Below are positions 37,812 to 51,760 of a stretch of 64,000 bases of DNA, one piece after another. Position 1 is the first letter of the stretch; every line of letters starts with the position of its first letter. The notes below the pieces were generated by a model. That model saw only the letters and a program-made list of their open reading frames with translations, ran no database searches and was not told where the DNA came from. The stretch comes from Macrostomum hystrix (lineage: Eukaryota; Animalia; Platyhelminthes): positions 2,232,001-2,296,000 of the forward strand of contig CATNEN010000024.1 in NCBI GenBank assembly GCA_950097015.1, read 5' to 3'. The position numbers were made by a program, and so were the translations under genes.

Positions 37812-40800
37812 TCACTCGTCCTTGCCGTTGGAGTAGAGATAGTTGGCCAACTTCTTAACCATCAGGCCGAACCAATACAGCTGCATTGATATGAGGGCCA
37901 ACATGCCTAGGTTGCAGTGCAGCGGCAGCAGGCCAAACACCCGGATGACTGGTACGCCACGGTACTGAGCGTAGGCGTAATAAATATAAAACAGCACCAC
38001 AATGCGCGATAGGAAGAATGTGATCACCATCACTATGCCGTTCCACAGGTACAGAGGCAGGCTGGTCATGCCGAGCTGTGTGATCATTGTGGCGAATCGG
38101 GAGGGATAATTTTTTCACATATCCTGCATGAGGATAATTTGACAAATCTACAAACCTTTATGATGGTCTTAATAGTCTAGATTCGGGATAATTCAACAAA
38201 TTTATCCACTTTGGAAATAATTGTACGAATCTATATCCAGTCTGGGGATAATTCTACAAATCTATCCAGTCTGGGGATAATTCTACAAATCTATCCAGTC
38301 TGGGGATAATTCTACAAATCTATCCAGTCTGGTGATAATTCTACAAATCTATCCAGTCTGGGGATAATTCTACAAATCTATCCAGTCTGGGGATAATTCT
38401 ACAAATCTATCCAGTCTGGGGATAATTCTACAAATCTATCCAGTCTGGGGATAATTCTACAAATCTATCCAGTCTGGGGGATAATTCTACAAATCTATCC
38501 AGTCTGGGGATAATTCTACAAATCTATCCAGTTTTGGGGATAATTCTACAAATCTAAGATCCAGTCTGGGGATAATTCTACAAATCTATCCAGTCTGGGG
38601 ATAATTCTACAAATCTATCCAGTTCTGGGGATAATTCTACAAATCTATCCAGTTCTGGGGATAATTCTATAAATCTATCCAGTCTGGGGATAATTCTACA
38701 AATCTAGGATCCAGTCTGGGGATAATTCTACAAATCTATCCAGTCTGGGGATAATTCTACAAATCTATCCAGTTTTGGGGATAATTCTACAAATCTAAGA
38801 TCCAGTCTGGGGATAATTCTACAAATCTATCCAGTCTGTTGATAATTCTACAAATCTATCCAGTTCTGGGGATAATTCTACAAATCTATCCAGTCTGTTG
38901 ATAATTCTACAAATCTATCCAGTTCTGGGGATAATTCTACAAATCTATCCAGTCTGTTGATAATTCTACAAATCCAGTCAGGGGATAATTCTACAAATCT
39001 AAGAACCAGTTTGGGGGTAATTCAACAAATCTAGGATCCAGTTTGGGGGATAATTTTACAAATCTATCCAGTTTATGCAAAGGGATAACTCTGAAAAAAT
39101 ATTTTATATGGGGTCTACATATAGGAATGCCGAGTTAGTATGCAGTTATCAATTGTGTCTGTTCACCCCAGCTATTAAATTGGGTAACAGCTCAGTTTGA
39201 GTAGAAGTTTGGTTTTGGCGGCCTCTAGTCCGGGGACTGAACAGCTGTACGCTGTACACAGCTCACCGTACAGCTGGCCTAATTGGGTTAGGAGCGATTT
39301 CCCCCAGTTTGAGCAATAATCCGATTAACAAAGTGCCACAGAACTCACCCTGTACATAATGTGGCGAATCTGAATGAACGGCACAGCCAGTTCAGCTAGG
39401 AAGAAGCAGCCGACAAGGAAGTCGCATTTGCCATTGCGGAACCACTGCAACAGTCAATAGATAGCTAATGGATAGCTAACGAAAATAGTCGCTTGAAAAA
39501 ATAATTGGACGACGAGGCAATCGATTATTAAATAAAAATGCATAGTTACTCCCGCCCTTTACTAACAGTGTTTGATAAATCTGTCCTTATTAAACTCACC
39601 ACCAGGGTTGGATAGTACACCAGGATGATTAGCAGATGATGAGTGAGCATCATTGGCTGATTCTTAGAGTAGCTACGCAACACCTGCAGACTACCACCTT
39701 GCTGATTGGAGTCCAGGCCGAAGCAGTACGGCTTCATAACCGAGTCGTAGGCATAGTAGCCAAAACCAAAGCACACCCAGAATGATACCAGCCAGAACCT
39801 GCGAAATAGATTAGCAATCCATTAGCCACTCGGTCTCGGCTAATTCAATGCGTTCCTGATGATTTAATACATTATTTAACCTTTCTTGATCCTCAGATTA
39901 GGAATATCAGCTTCCCAATTGATCCTCAGATTAGGAATATCAGCATCCCAATTGATCCTCAGATTATGAATATCAGCATCCCAATTGATCCTCAGATTAG
40001 GAATATCAGCATCCCAATTGATCCTCAGATTAAGAATATCAGCATCCAATTTAATCAAGTTGGTATTTTTGACACTTACTTGTCGCGCACAAGATCATTG
40101 TTGCGTAGCCACAGAACACTAATTAGGCCAGCAGCAAAGGTCATTAGGGAGTAAATGGCTGTGACAATCCTGTGAATTTTGCGAATGAAGATAACACATA
40201 TTACAGAAATATAAAAAGTAAATAGAAATACTCACTGCTTATAAAAAGCAAAAATCTAATAAAGATGAAGGCTAAATGTCACTAATTTAAGGCTAGGCCT
40301 ATACAATAAAAGCATTAAGAGAAATTAATAAACTATTTAGCCATTTATGAACTATTTAGTAAAAAAATTACACACCATAATTAGTAACTATGAAAATGTA
40401 GCATGTAACATTTTTTAATTTCTATATCATTCAATTGATACAAATCCAAAGCCTAATAATCATTTTATATAATTTATTCATTTATATAAAACCAACAATC
40501 TAGACCTAGGTAGACTAACCTAACTGTCACAAACTAGCACTATAGATAGTGCCTGAAATAATATATATGAAAATAAATCAAAGATCAAAGAGGCTACCAT
40601 ACACAATATAAAGTGTGCTACCAGTAATCATAAACTAATGTGGTATTGAAATATTCAAGACAATTTAAGGTGATGAAATAAGATAGTTCCAAATGGAGTA
40701 GAGGCTTTCACATAATTTTTAATTAGGGCCAAGTAGATTTCTGGTTAGAAATTATAAGTCAAAATATCATTAAGATTTTTACTTAAATTACTTAAGTTAG

Positions 40801-41045
40801 TCAAAAAAAGAGGTTAGGCCTACATTAAAATTTAGAGCCATTAGATTAGATTAGACTTGGCTTACTCACTTGATAGAAATATCATAACAGTCAGTATCTG
40901 TTAGTGTGCGACTATTCCAGATGGGTATATTTTTGTATCTTCTGAGGAACGATACGCACATGTAAAAAAGTAATGGAAAGAAAACAATGCCAGAGAGAAG
41001 TTCGAGAGCTGTGAACAAATGCATTGCAGCAACAGTATTCATCAT
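37812..41045 (-). CDS. TLCD3: TLC-domain membrane protein, TLCD3/FAM57-like, 274 aa; exons 41045-40870, 40169-40080, 39798-39600, 39444-39349, 38075-37812
   Basis: In-frame GT-AG joins (825 nt). Motifs FFPLLF...DCYDISIK, YYAYD, HHLLI, CDFLVGCFFLAELAVPF, NGIVMVITFFLSRI and PLHCN...QLYWF recall FAM57A/B. Confidence 0.88.
38230..39075. repeat. 29-bp minisatellite (TCTACAAATCTATCCAGTCTGGGGATAAT) in TLCD3 intron 4
   Basis: Direct reading. Confidence 0.93.
39140..39305 (+). mobile_element. SINE family B body fragment
   Basis: GTTCACCCCAGCTATTAAATTGGGTA...GGACTGAACAGCTGTACG matches 23360-23460. Confidence 0.6.
39888..40050. repeat. 33-bp minisatellite, ~5 copies, TLCD3 intron 2
   Basis: GATCCTC at 39921 and 39954. 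Confidence 0.88.
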
Positions 41046-43296
41046 TCCTATTGAATGTTAATTAGATTTTCTTAAAAGTGCTTTTAATTTGAAATCTGAA
41101 AAGCGCTTTTATATATATTAATTTTTAAAAGCAACTTATGACAGTAAAAAACTTGTGTAAGTAAACACTACAATAATTAATATAAATTAATTAATTAACA
41201 TGACAATGTCAGTTTAAATTTTAACGACAGACGCAATTTTGAATTTTTTAATTCTGTGCACTACCTTGGATTTTCAAAGAAATCAACCGTTATAAGAAAA
41301 TTATTAAATATCAATATATAAAAATGCAGTCGCCTGCAATACTGATTGCAGAAAGGTAAACAATACTTTTATTCTTGATTAGATTACTTTCAGATTACTA
41401 ATTGAAAAAGCTAACTATCATTTTACGAATTAGGAATACGAATACGAATAGCCTAAAACGAATATTTTTTTACGTTACCAATGGGTCTACGACAATTTAC
41501 TGGCACAATTTGACCGTGGGCGTTGGCTATTTGACTACCAAGCGATTGGACTGTTGACAAAACTGACTTTTGTATTTCTTAAAAAATCAAATTAAATGAG
41601 ACGTCAAGGAAAGGCTATATTGAACAGATTGATTGGCTTGAGTCGAGAGTTATCATTTTGTAGTGCAAAATGGGACCTGTGCTGAGCGAGTAATTCTATG
41701 CATAGAAAAGTATTTGTGAAGAACGAGGCAGCGGGACAGATGCACAGATTCTATGAACTAAAATAAATGTTACAAGCCGAACGCAAGAAAAGTGCTGCGA
41801 AAAGGTCAAGGAATTTCGGAGAAAACATTTCCGAAAATTATTTATTATAGCATGCACGCATTGTCGAAAGCCAGATGTAGCAGCTTTATTTTTGTGTCGT
41901 TAGCATTGAATAAATGCAAGCATGTCCCAGTCAAACTGTATCAATAAATTTGTCAACAATCGAATTGTTCCGTCAAATCGTCTCAAGGACGTCAAGTTAT
42001 GCTATCGAAACTCCATTTCGTGCACACGTTACTAATTAACCTGTATACTTAATACCCTATAATCGTGATAAATATTTACTTAATATATGCTATCGAACAA
42101 AAGCCATAAAAGTCTTGACTGTTTTCTTGTTTGTTGGTTTGTTTTATTTCTTTATTTGTTTGTTTTATTGTCTGCTTATACTTGTTTGTATATAATTTGT
42201 ATAAATTGTTTAGTTTTTAGTATATTTGCGAGGCCCCTTGCGATTAATTCCGATACGGCATAGTACAGTTTACATTTATTATACCTCCGAAATTCCTCTC
42301 CAGAAAATATCGGCTGTAAATTGCTCGCCAACAAACCTAATTTATATAGACGTCACGCACCTAGCTAGAGCTGTTTTATCTTAGCGACACGCCTTGAATT
42401 ATCGTTTGTCGACAGTTTTTTTGCAAACGCTTTTCTAACTATACTGCTACTACTGAAAGTATTATAGATCAGGTACCGTAGTGACTTCAATAAACTTTCA
42501 AACATTTTACACTCCTTTCAAAACGCAACAGTCGCTGTGTTTATTACGCCAGTTTAACTAGTCGATCAGTGTATCGAAATTGTGAGTGTACATCAGAGCA
42601 AGAATCTCGAAGCCCTGATAGATGTATTGAATTAGATAATTCGCTACTTTTTTCTCCATTTACATTACATTTACATACGCACATACGACAAGCTGCAGCA
42701 TTCACTGGGAGATGTTTAATTAACAGCGATAAGCTGAAAAAGCTAGCCAGCTGAGAGAGAGAGAGAGGAAAGAATTAGGCCATTGAGTGCTCCGCTACAG
42801 CACGCAGTCACGAGCTTGCACTAGGACACAGGAGCAGCGCGTGATGACTTTGCTTCAATATTAAAATGACAAAGCTGCATGCAGTATTCGCAGTGCCAGA
42901 GGCCGATGCTCATTCTGCTGAGATTTTGATCATCTTTTGATAGCTGATCTTCACTGGTGGATGGGGTTCTCCTGAGTCCTTGCTCATGAATTAGACCACC
43001 ACAATTATTAGTTGCAAATGAGCACTACTCAAGCACTAAATGATGACAGCGTTAACTGGTTTCAGAGCCAAAAATAAATTATCCAGCCCTTGCGAGGAAA
43101 GTTCTCTTGCAAGGTCTTTAAGTGCAACGCCTGCCATAGTAAATCTTTCCGGGCAAAGATAGTCAAAAAATTAAAAGGGAAATTTAATCTAAGGATCTGC
43201 ACTAGATTTACCCCTTCATCATCAATGGGAGAGATCTAATATATACTTTGTATTGTATCATTATTGCATCAAGTGAGAAGAGGTAATTCAGTTCAT

Positions 43297-43372
43297 TCCG
43301 CTGACTCCTAAGCACACACGCACACAGATGTACAGGTGTCACAGGTGTGTACATCTGCCACGGCTTTCTCAC
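43297..43372 (-). mobile_element. SINE family A internal fragment
   Basis: Reverse complement of GCAGATGTACACACCTGTG and ATCTGTGTGCGTGTGTGCT...GGAGTCAGCGG. Confidence 0.65.
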
Positions 43373-45189
43373 TGTCATGTTTAAGTACTACACATAGGAT
43401 TATTACACGTATAATCTGCCATGAGATTATTGCTGAGTGCTGAGATAATTATTATGTTTACAGTAAATCTCAATGTGTAATTGATGACGGAAATCTTAAT
43501 GAGATTATCCCAAGGCTGTTATGAGATTAAGGAAAGGTGTTATAAGATTATCGCGCAATGGGGTTATCATAAAGTACTTCGTAGCTACGATATGATTATA
43601 TCAAAGCTGTAATCAGCATTGAAATTTGATTGAGAATTGAGATGAGATCATAGCATATTAAGAAAAGTTTCCTGCTTTGGGGAAGTCGACAAATTAGGGG
43701 AGAAGTCAGCAAATAGGGGGAATCGGCTAATTGAGGCATTTAACAACTGGATTTTATTTAGGTTATGCACAGTGACGCGAGTGTTAACAATGGAAACGAC
43801 TTAACTTAGTGCATGAACGATTACAAAAGTACGGTAAAAAATAAAAAATATTGTTTTGCCCTTTTATCCCATTTTGGGATTCACTGGACAGGGAAGAATA
43901 TTTATTCGCAAAAGCAGCCGCACTTTTCAATGAAAAAAAAATGGTGTCAAACAATGTCGAATTTCCGGGAAACAAAATTCATAAAGCTTATTGACGGATT
44001 CCATCGTTAACACGAAACTGCGGAAATTTGGACGGTTCTAAAAAAAAAAAAAATTAATTTAGCTTTGCTTTTTAATGCTTTTGAGCTGGTCTGTGTCGAG
44101 GCTTTGAGCAGGCCAACCTTCTCAACTGTCCTGCTCTTTTTTTTCAGCGCGAAGGGAAATGGTTGAAAACTGGCTCACTGCAGCTTACTGGCACATGCCA
44201 TCAGAGGGTGTAAAAATGCTTCAGCTAGAAATATGTGATGATTTGGTTTGGATTTCAACATTTGCTGATCATTTTTTTCAGCAAGGTGTATAGGTGTTTG
44301 AATAAAAATGAGGGAAGACACATAGTCCAACTTCTACTAGAGAACATTTTAAACATACATTTATTGTGCTGAAAAACCATTATTACTATTACTATATACT
44401 ATTACTACTTCGTGAGACCATAAGGTAAAATTCTTAGAAAGAAGTACGAAAATTATTTTTAAGAAACGAACAGTGCACGAGCAGTGCTCGGCAGTTCTTA
44501 AGGACGAGCCACGCTTGTAATGCTGAGAATATGCCACAACCAAGCCTGTGCTAAGGACGTATTTCCAGCTGAAATAGCAGCAGCAGCAGCAGCAGCAGCA
44601 GCAGCTTTCAAACCCTATTGCCTCTCTCTCTCCCGCAAAAACTCCGTCAAGAAATTTCTAACAAAAGCGCGCTCCGTGGAGTTGAGTTTGGCGTTGAGCT
44701 CTCTATCTGTTTCACTCTCCACTTAACAGATTGGGGGCTCAGTTCAATCGAACAAAATAAAATTTACTTTACGCGTTGCAGCCAATCTAAAAAAGAACGA
44801 GTGAAATTTTATCCTGCTGAATTGGTTAAGGGATTATAATCGAAAATTGCAAAGATTTTATTGAATAGTACGTATATATAAACTGAAAACTGCAGAGAAT
44901 TAACAAAAGCACCGCGCACGCATGCATTCACACAGCAGTTATAGGTAGCTTTTTCCTCGATTTACTCACGACCTATTTATAACATAAGGCTATACACCCC
45001 CGCAGTTCCGCCCACACACACAGGCTATTAGAGAGAATTGTTGGCCCGACAGTCTGCTAATCTGCTTGTTTTCTGGCCAATTTCAATTTTCGTACTTTTA
45101 AATTTGGTAGCCCATTTTGACCAGAGAATATTTAGTATTATTGCATAAAATGCCAATGTATGAGTCTAAAGTGAAGCCCAGTTGAGAGT

Positions 45190-45870
45190 ACGACGTTTGC
45201 TTGCCGACTTTTGCTTGTGGAAGTTTGCTTGCCGACGTTTGCTTGCCGACTTTTGCTTGTGGAAGTTTGCTTGTCGAAGTTTGCTTGCCGACGTTTGCTT
45301 GCCGACGTTTGCTTGCCGACGTTTGCTTGCCGACTTTTGCTTGCCGAAGTTTGCTTGCCGATGTTTGCTTGCAAGAAGCTTGCTTGCCGACGTTTGCTTG
45401 CCGAGGTTTGCTTGTGGAAGTTTGCTTGCCGAGGTTTGCTTGTGTAAGTTTGCTTGCCGAGGTTTGCTTGTGGAAGTTTGCTTGCCGAGGTTTGCTTGTG
45501 GAAGTTTGCTTGCCGAGGTTTGCTTGCAGGAAGTTTGCTTGCCGAAGTTTGCTTGTGGAATTTTGCTTGTCGAAGTTTGCTTGCCGACGTTTGCTTGCCG
45601 ACTTTTGCTTGCCGAAGTTTGCTTGCAAGAAGCTTGCTTGCCGAAGTTTGCTTGCAAGAAGCTTGCTTGCCGATGTTTGCTTGCAAGAAGCTTGCTTGCC
45701 GAAGTTTGCATGCAAGAAGCTTGCTTGCCGAAGTTTGCTTGCCGAGGTTTGCTTGACGACGTTTGCTTGCCGAGGTTTGCTTGTGAAAGTTTGCTTGCCG
45801 AGGTTTGCTTGCAGGAAGTTTGCTTGCCGAAGTTTGCTTCTGGAATTTTGCTTGCCGAAATTTGCTTGTG
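45190..45870. repeat. ~14-bp degenerate satellite (AAGTTTGCTTGCCG)
   Basis: Direct reading; a weaker relative lies at ~190-400. Confidence 0.92.
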
Positions 45871-46733
45871 GATTTGATTTAGCCTGTGCTAAACGCAGAT
45901 TCTTAGCTTAGATTCTGAATTGTAGATTTTGAATTGTAGATTCTGAATTGTAGATTCCGGGAGAAACAAAAAATAAAGCCCGCAACTTGACTGAATGCTT
46001 GCCACTGCGGACAACATTCCTTTTATATAATTTCTTGCTCACAGCACCTAAAATAAACCCTAAACTAAACACCTAAACTCGTAATTCTAGTCTATGGTCT
46101 AAAGCCAAAACTTCCTGCGGAACCCGAAAATCGGCTTCACTTTGGATTTCTTACCGTTAAAATCAGTCAGTAACAAATTTTCCAAGAAACGAATTAAGTG
46201 TCCCATCCTTCTTCTTCTAGTGGTCCTTGGACTCAACTTCGATTTAAGCGCACTGCTTTTATCTATGGCAAAAAGCCGCTCAGTTAGACGATGCTTTGAG
46301 TTGTACCATAGACACTATAGCGATTGTTTGTTATACTAAGGGTTCATCAAGGACTTTGCAAACCGCTCGCGTCCATCAGAAATAAAAAAAAGTTTGTCTA
46401 AACCCGAAGCAGTTTCCAGGTAGGAGAGCAACTAGGAAGAAAAGAAAGATTGATTGCCAAATCTCGCTACAATAGGATTTTAATTTACTTAAACTCATTT
46501 CAAACCCTCCAACTAACTGGGCCAGGTCAGGCTGATGTGGGAATGGGAAAATCTATCCGAGAGCAAGCGGCGGGGGTGGAGTGGGCGAAGGCAGCCAATC
46601 GGATCGCACTGGCTGTCACTGGTCTGGCGAACTAAATCAAAAGCCATAAAACTAAAAGCATCGGCCGGGAGAGAAGCTCTCCACTGAAGCTCTCCAGCCT
46701 AGATTCGGTTAAGTAAGCCTCACAAAGTCTAGA

Positions 46734-47900
46734 ATGCGCTCCCTGGCACAGAAGGCCAGCGGCTCAAGCCACGGCAGCACGCCAAGGACGTCCGTCAACA
46801 CGGACCTGAGCGGCAGCAGCGGCGGAGGAGGCGGCGGCGTCCTCACCCAGGCGGAGGTCGAGCGGCAGTTCGCCCTACACAGAGAAGTAGGACGCGGCAC
46901 CTACGGCAGGTGTGTACTGGCCACCTGCCGGGATACTGGCAGGCGGCTTGTGCTCAAACTGATGGACAAGCGGACCACGCGACTGAAGGACTTCCTGCAG
47001 GAGCTGCACACTAGTACTCAGCTCTCCAAGCATCCGCACGTCATCGAAGCCTACGGAGCAGCCTTCGAGACGGTTGAGTGTTTCGCATTCGCGCTGGAGT
47101 TTGCACCGTTGGGCGACCTGTTCGAGTTCGTGCAGCCCGGCCGCGGACTAGCCGAATCGCTAGTCAAGACGGTGTCAGCTCAGGTGGCCTCGGCTCTGGA
47201 ATTTCTGCACAGCCAGTCCGTCTGTCATCGCGATCTGAAGCCGGAGAATGTGGCCGTGTTCGAGCCGGACCTGAGCCTCGTCAAGCTGGCCGACTTCGGC
47301 ATGGCCCGGTCTACCGGAGCGCTGATCCGCAAGGCCGGCTCGCCGATTCCCTACACGCCGCCTGAGATTGCCCAGGCGGCAAGAGATGAGACCTATCGGG
47401 TGCATTGCGGCACTGACGTCTGGTCATTCGGCGTGCTGATCTACTGCTGCCTGACTGGCAGCTTTCCATGGCAGGTGGCGTCAGAGTCGGATCCCAGCTA
47501 CCGCGACTTTGTCCGCTGGCATCAGCGGCGAAAGCTGGTCCAGCAGCCGCAGCCGATTCCCACTGGCTTCCGGGAGTTCACGCCCCGGCTACAGAAGCTG
47601 CTGCGCCGCCTGATGGAGCCGCGGCTGTCGGCCCGGGCCAGCGTCGCCGAGCTGCGTCGGTACCTCGCCGACAATTGGACTGTGCTGATTGGGGGCCGGC
47701 CTCCCAGGCAGGCTGGCGTTACTACTGCGGCTGCGGCCGGAGCTACAGAAGCCGCTGAGAGACAGGAGATGGACAGCCTGCGCCAGATGCTTGAGCGCTT
47801 CGGCGTGGACACCCAGGGAGTCACGGGCCAGGCGAGGGAGCATCGAGTGCGGCACTGGGTGCGGATGGCGTCACCTTCTGTTGGCCTGTCCCCTGACTGA
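46734..47900 (+). CDS. SBK1: SBK1-like (SH3-domain-binding kinase family) Ser/Thr protein kinase, single coding exon, 388 aa
   Basis: GRGTYG, VLK, HRDLKPEN, KLADFG, IPYTPPE, DVWSFGVLIYCCLTGSFPW and FVRW match SBK1/Meng-po kinases. Confidence 0.9.
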   Translation: MRSLAQKASGSSHGSTPRTSVNTDLSGSSGGGGGGVLTQAEVERQFALHREVGRGTYGRCVLATCRDTGRRLVLKLMDKRTTRLKDFLQELHTSTQLSKHPHVIEAYGAAFETVECFAFALEFAPLGDLFEFVQPGRGLAESLVKTVSAQVASALEFLHSQSVCHRDLKPENVAVFEPDLSLVKLADFGMARSTGALIRKAGSPIPYTPPEIAQAARDETYRVHCGTDVWSFGVLIYCCLTGSFPWQVASESDPSYRDFVRWHQRRKLVQQPQPIPTGFREFTPRLQKLLRRLMEPRLSARASVAELRRYLADNWTVLIGGRPPRQAGVTTAAAAGATEAAERQEMDSLRQMLERFGVDTQGVTGQAREHRVRHWVRMASPSVGLSPD

Positions 47901-47969
47901 CGATTGAATTTAACATAAGATTGCGATGCAGTCACATCCGGGATGTACGCTAGAAACGCAGATTCTTAG

Positions 47970-48780
47970 CTTAGATTCTGAATTGTAGATTCTGAATTGT
48001 AGATTCTGAATTGTAGATTCCGAATTGTAGATTTTGAATTGTAGATTCCGAATTGTAGATTCCGAATTGTAGATTCTGAATTGTAGATTCTGAATTGTAG
48101 ATTCTGAATTGTAGACTCCGAATTGAAGATTCCGAATTGAAGATTCCGAATTGCAGATTCCGAATTGTAGATTCTGAATTGTAGATTCTGAATTGTAGAT
48201 TCTGAATTGTAGACTCCGAATTGAAGATTCCGAATTGAAGATTCCGAATTGCAGATTCTGAATTGTAGATTCCGAATTGAAGATTCTGAATTGTAGATTC
48301 CGAATTGTAGATTCTGAATTGTAGATTCCGAATTGTAGATTCTGAATTGTAGATTCCGAATTGTAGATTTTGAATTGTAGATTCTGAATTGTAGATTCCG
48401 AATTGTAGATTCTGAATTGTAGATTCTGAATTGTAGATTCCGAATTGTAGATTCTGAATTGTAGATTCCGAATTGTAGATTCTGAATTGTAGATTCCGAA
48501 TTGTAGATTTTGAATTGTAGATTCTGAATTGTAGATTCCGAATTGTAGATTCTGAATTGTAGATTCCGAATTGTAGATTCTGAATTGTAGATTCCGAATT
48601 GTAGATTTTGAATTGTAGATTCTGAATTGTAGACTCCGAATTGAAGATTCCGAATTGAAGATTCCGAATTGCAGATTCTGAATTGTAGATTCCGAATTGA
48701 AGATTCCGAATTTTATATTCTGAATTGCAGATTCTGAATAGTAGACTCTGAATTGTAGATTCCGAATCGCTGATTCTGAA
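47970..48780. repeat. 14-bp minisatellite (GAATTGTAGATTCY), ~58 copies
   Basis: Period 14; same leader and unit at 45892-45960. Confidence 0.96.
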
Positions 48781-49835
48781 TCCGGATAAGAGATTTCTAT
48801 GAGAAAATGATAAGCTCAAGAAAATCTCATGCTGAGGATTCGTTTTGATTCAGGCTTATTTTGTATTACGAATATTACTGTAAATTTCTCAGAGATTACA
48901 CTTTATAAAAATCATAGATTGTATAGATTTTACTGGGTGAAGGAACTGACACAGGTGACGGCGTACCCGATTGCTTTCTTGTGAAACTACAACAGTTTTT
49001 TGTTCTTGCTTGCGCTGCTTAAAGAATTACTATTTTGTATAGAAAAAAATGCGAATTTTGAGATTGTTCCTTTTGAAAGCTCGTTAACTGTATTTTTTAA
49101 AGTACATTTGCTTGTCAACCAATGATATAAATATTTATCCCCCAATATGTTTACAGTGAGCACAAAAAAGCCTAGCAATCTAGGAAGAGCATAGGTCATT
49201 TCACCAATGGATTTCCTACACAAACAATGTCCTATAATTACATAACCATAACAATGCCACCGTGTAAATAAGGCTAATTAAATCTAATAATTTAGCCTGA
49301 CAGTCAGCTGTCAAATACTTTCTTCAAACTGTCCGTCAATCATAAAAAATTGTAGGGATGAAATTCGAATTTGAAATTCCAGTCCTGTTGCAAAAGCTAT
49401 ACATTCTGCCATTTCCGCAACATTGAATGTGACTAGGAAAGCAACAGGGATTTCCTATAAAATCAATATCAACAGCGAATCATTGATGCAACTTACACAG
49501 CCCGGGGCCGAACACGAGACTTGACACGTGACTGGCAATCCAGAGCAGGTCTGCACTTTTCCTATCTGCATCACATCTCCCCAGCGTCTGCTGCCCAACT
49601 TAGCAACAGAACTCGACAACCCTCAGGGGTCTAGCGAGATTAGCTCGCGCTTTCAGCATCTTGAGTTGGCAGCCACATGCACTGGCAATCAATGTGCTTT
49701 CTCTGCTGTAGACTTTTATCAACAATATTCCATGCACTAATTCATAGCGAAAAAAAATAATTGCAATTTTGCCGATTGAGAAGATTACAAATTGACGATT
49801 ACATTTGTAATTACACGTATATTATTCCTATGCAG

Positions 49836-51760
49836 TCACTCCCATTCCTACAGCCAGTCCCATTCCTACAGTCACTCCCATTCCTACAGCCAGTCCCATT
49901 CCTACAGCCAGTCCCATTCCTACAGCCAGTCCCATTCCTACAGTCACTCCCATTCCTACAGCCAGTCCCATTCCTACAGCCAGTCCCATTCCTACAGCCA
50001 GTCCCATTCCTACAGTCACTCCCATTCCTACAGTCACTCCCATTCCTACAGTCACTCCCATTCCTACAGCCAGTCCCATTCCTACAGTCACTCCCATTCC
50101 TACAGCCACTCCCATTCCTACAGTCAGTCCCATTCCTACAGCCAGTCCCATTCCTACAGTCACTCCCATTCCTACAGTCAGTCCCATTCCTACAGTCAGT
50201 CCCATTCCTACAGCCAGTCCCATTCCTACAGTCACTCCCATTCCTACAGTCACTCCCATTCCTACAGTCACTCCCATTCCTACAGCCAGTCCCATTCCTA
50301 CAGTCACTCCCATTCCTACAGCCACTCCCATTCCTACAGTCAGTCCCATTCCTACAGCCAGTCCCATTCCTACAGCCAGTCCCATTCCTACAGCCAGTCC
50401 CATTCCTACAGCCAGTCCCATTCCTACAGTCACTCCCATTCCTACAGTCACTCCCATTCCTACAGTCAGTCCCATTCCTACAGTCAGTCCCATTCCTACA
50501 GCCACTCCCATTCCTACAGTCAGTCCCATTCCTACAGCCACTCCCATTCCTACAGTCAGTCCCATTCCTACAGTCAGTCCCATTCCTACAGCCAGTCCCA
50601 TTCCTACAGTCAGTCCCATTCCTACAGCCAGTCCCATTCCTACAGTCACTCCCATTCCTACAGCCACTCCCATTCCTACAGTCAGTCCCATTCCTACAGT
50701 CAGTCCCATTCCTACAGTCACTCCCATTCCTACAGTCAGTCCCATTCCTACAGCCAGTCCCATTCCTACAGTCAGTCCCATTCCTACAGTCAGTCCCATT
50801 CCTACAGTCACTCCCATTCCTACAGCCAGTCCCATTCCTACAGCCAGTCCCATTCCTACAGCCACTCCCATTCCTACAGTCAGTCCCATTCCTACAGTCA
50901 CTCCCATTCCTACAGTCAGTCCCATTCCTACAGTCAGTCCCATTCCTACAGTCACTCCCATTCCTACAGTCACTCCCATTCCTACAGTCACTCCCATTCC
51001 TACAGCCAGTCCCATTCCTACAGTCACTCCCATTCCTACAGTCACTCCCATTCCTACAGCCAGTCCCATTCCTACAGTCAGTCCCATTCCTACAGTCAGT
51101 CCCATTCCTACAGTCACTCCCATTCCTACAGCCACTCCCATTCCTACAGTCAGTCCCATTCCTACAGTCAGTCCCATTCCTACAGTCACTCCCATTCCTA
51201 CAGCCAGTCCCATTCCTACAGTCACTCCCATTCCTACAGCCACTCCCATTCCTACAGTCAGTCCCATTCCTACAGTCACTCCCATTCCTACAGTCAGTCC
51301 CATTCCTACAGCCAGTCCCATTCTTACAGTCAGTCCCATTCCTACAGCCAGTCCCATTCCTACAGTCACTCCCATTCCTACAGCCAGTCCCATTCCTACA
51401 GTCACTCCCATTCCTACAGCCAGTCCCATTCCTACAGTCAGTCCCATTCCTACAGCCAGTCCCATTCCTACAGTCACTCCCATTCCTACAGCCAGTCCCA
51501 TTCCTACAGCCACTCCCATTCCTACAGCCACTCCCATTCCTACAGTCAGTCCCATTCCTAAAGTCAGTCCCATTCCTACAGCCAGTCCCATTCCTACAGC
51601 CAGTCCCATTCCTACAGCCAGTCCCATTCCTACAGCCAGTCCCATTCCTACAGCCAGTCCCATTCCTACAGTCAGTCCCATTCCTACAGTCAGTCCCATT
51701 CCTACAGTCAGTCCCATTCCTACAGTCAGTACCATTCCTACAGTCAGTCCCATTCCTACA
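49836..51760. repeat. 18-bp minisatellite (CCATTCCTACAG[C/T]CA[G/C]TC), ~107 copies
   Basis: No indels across 1.9 kb. Confidence 0.97.

Noticed and set aside
41480-42010. Weak inverted similarity between ~41490 and ~41950
   Set aside because: Too short and too diverged to call TIRs; no TSD.
42841-42922. C/D-box snoRNA-like GTGATGA...CTGA
   Set aside because: No terminal stem, no recognised guide and no clear host intron.
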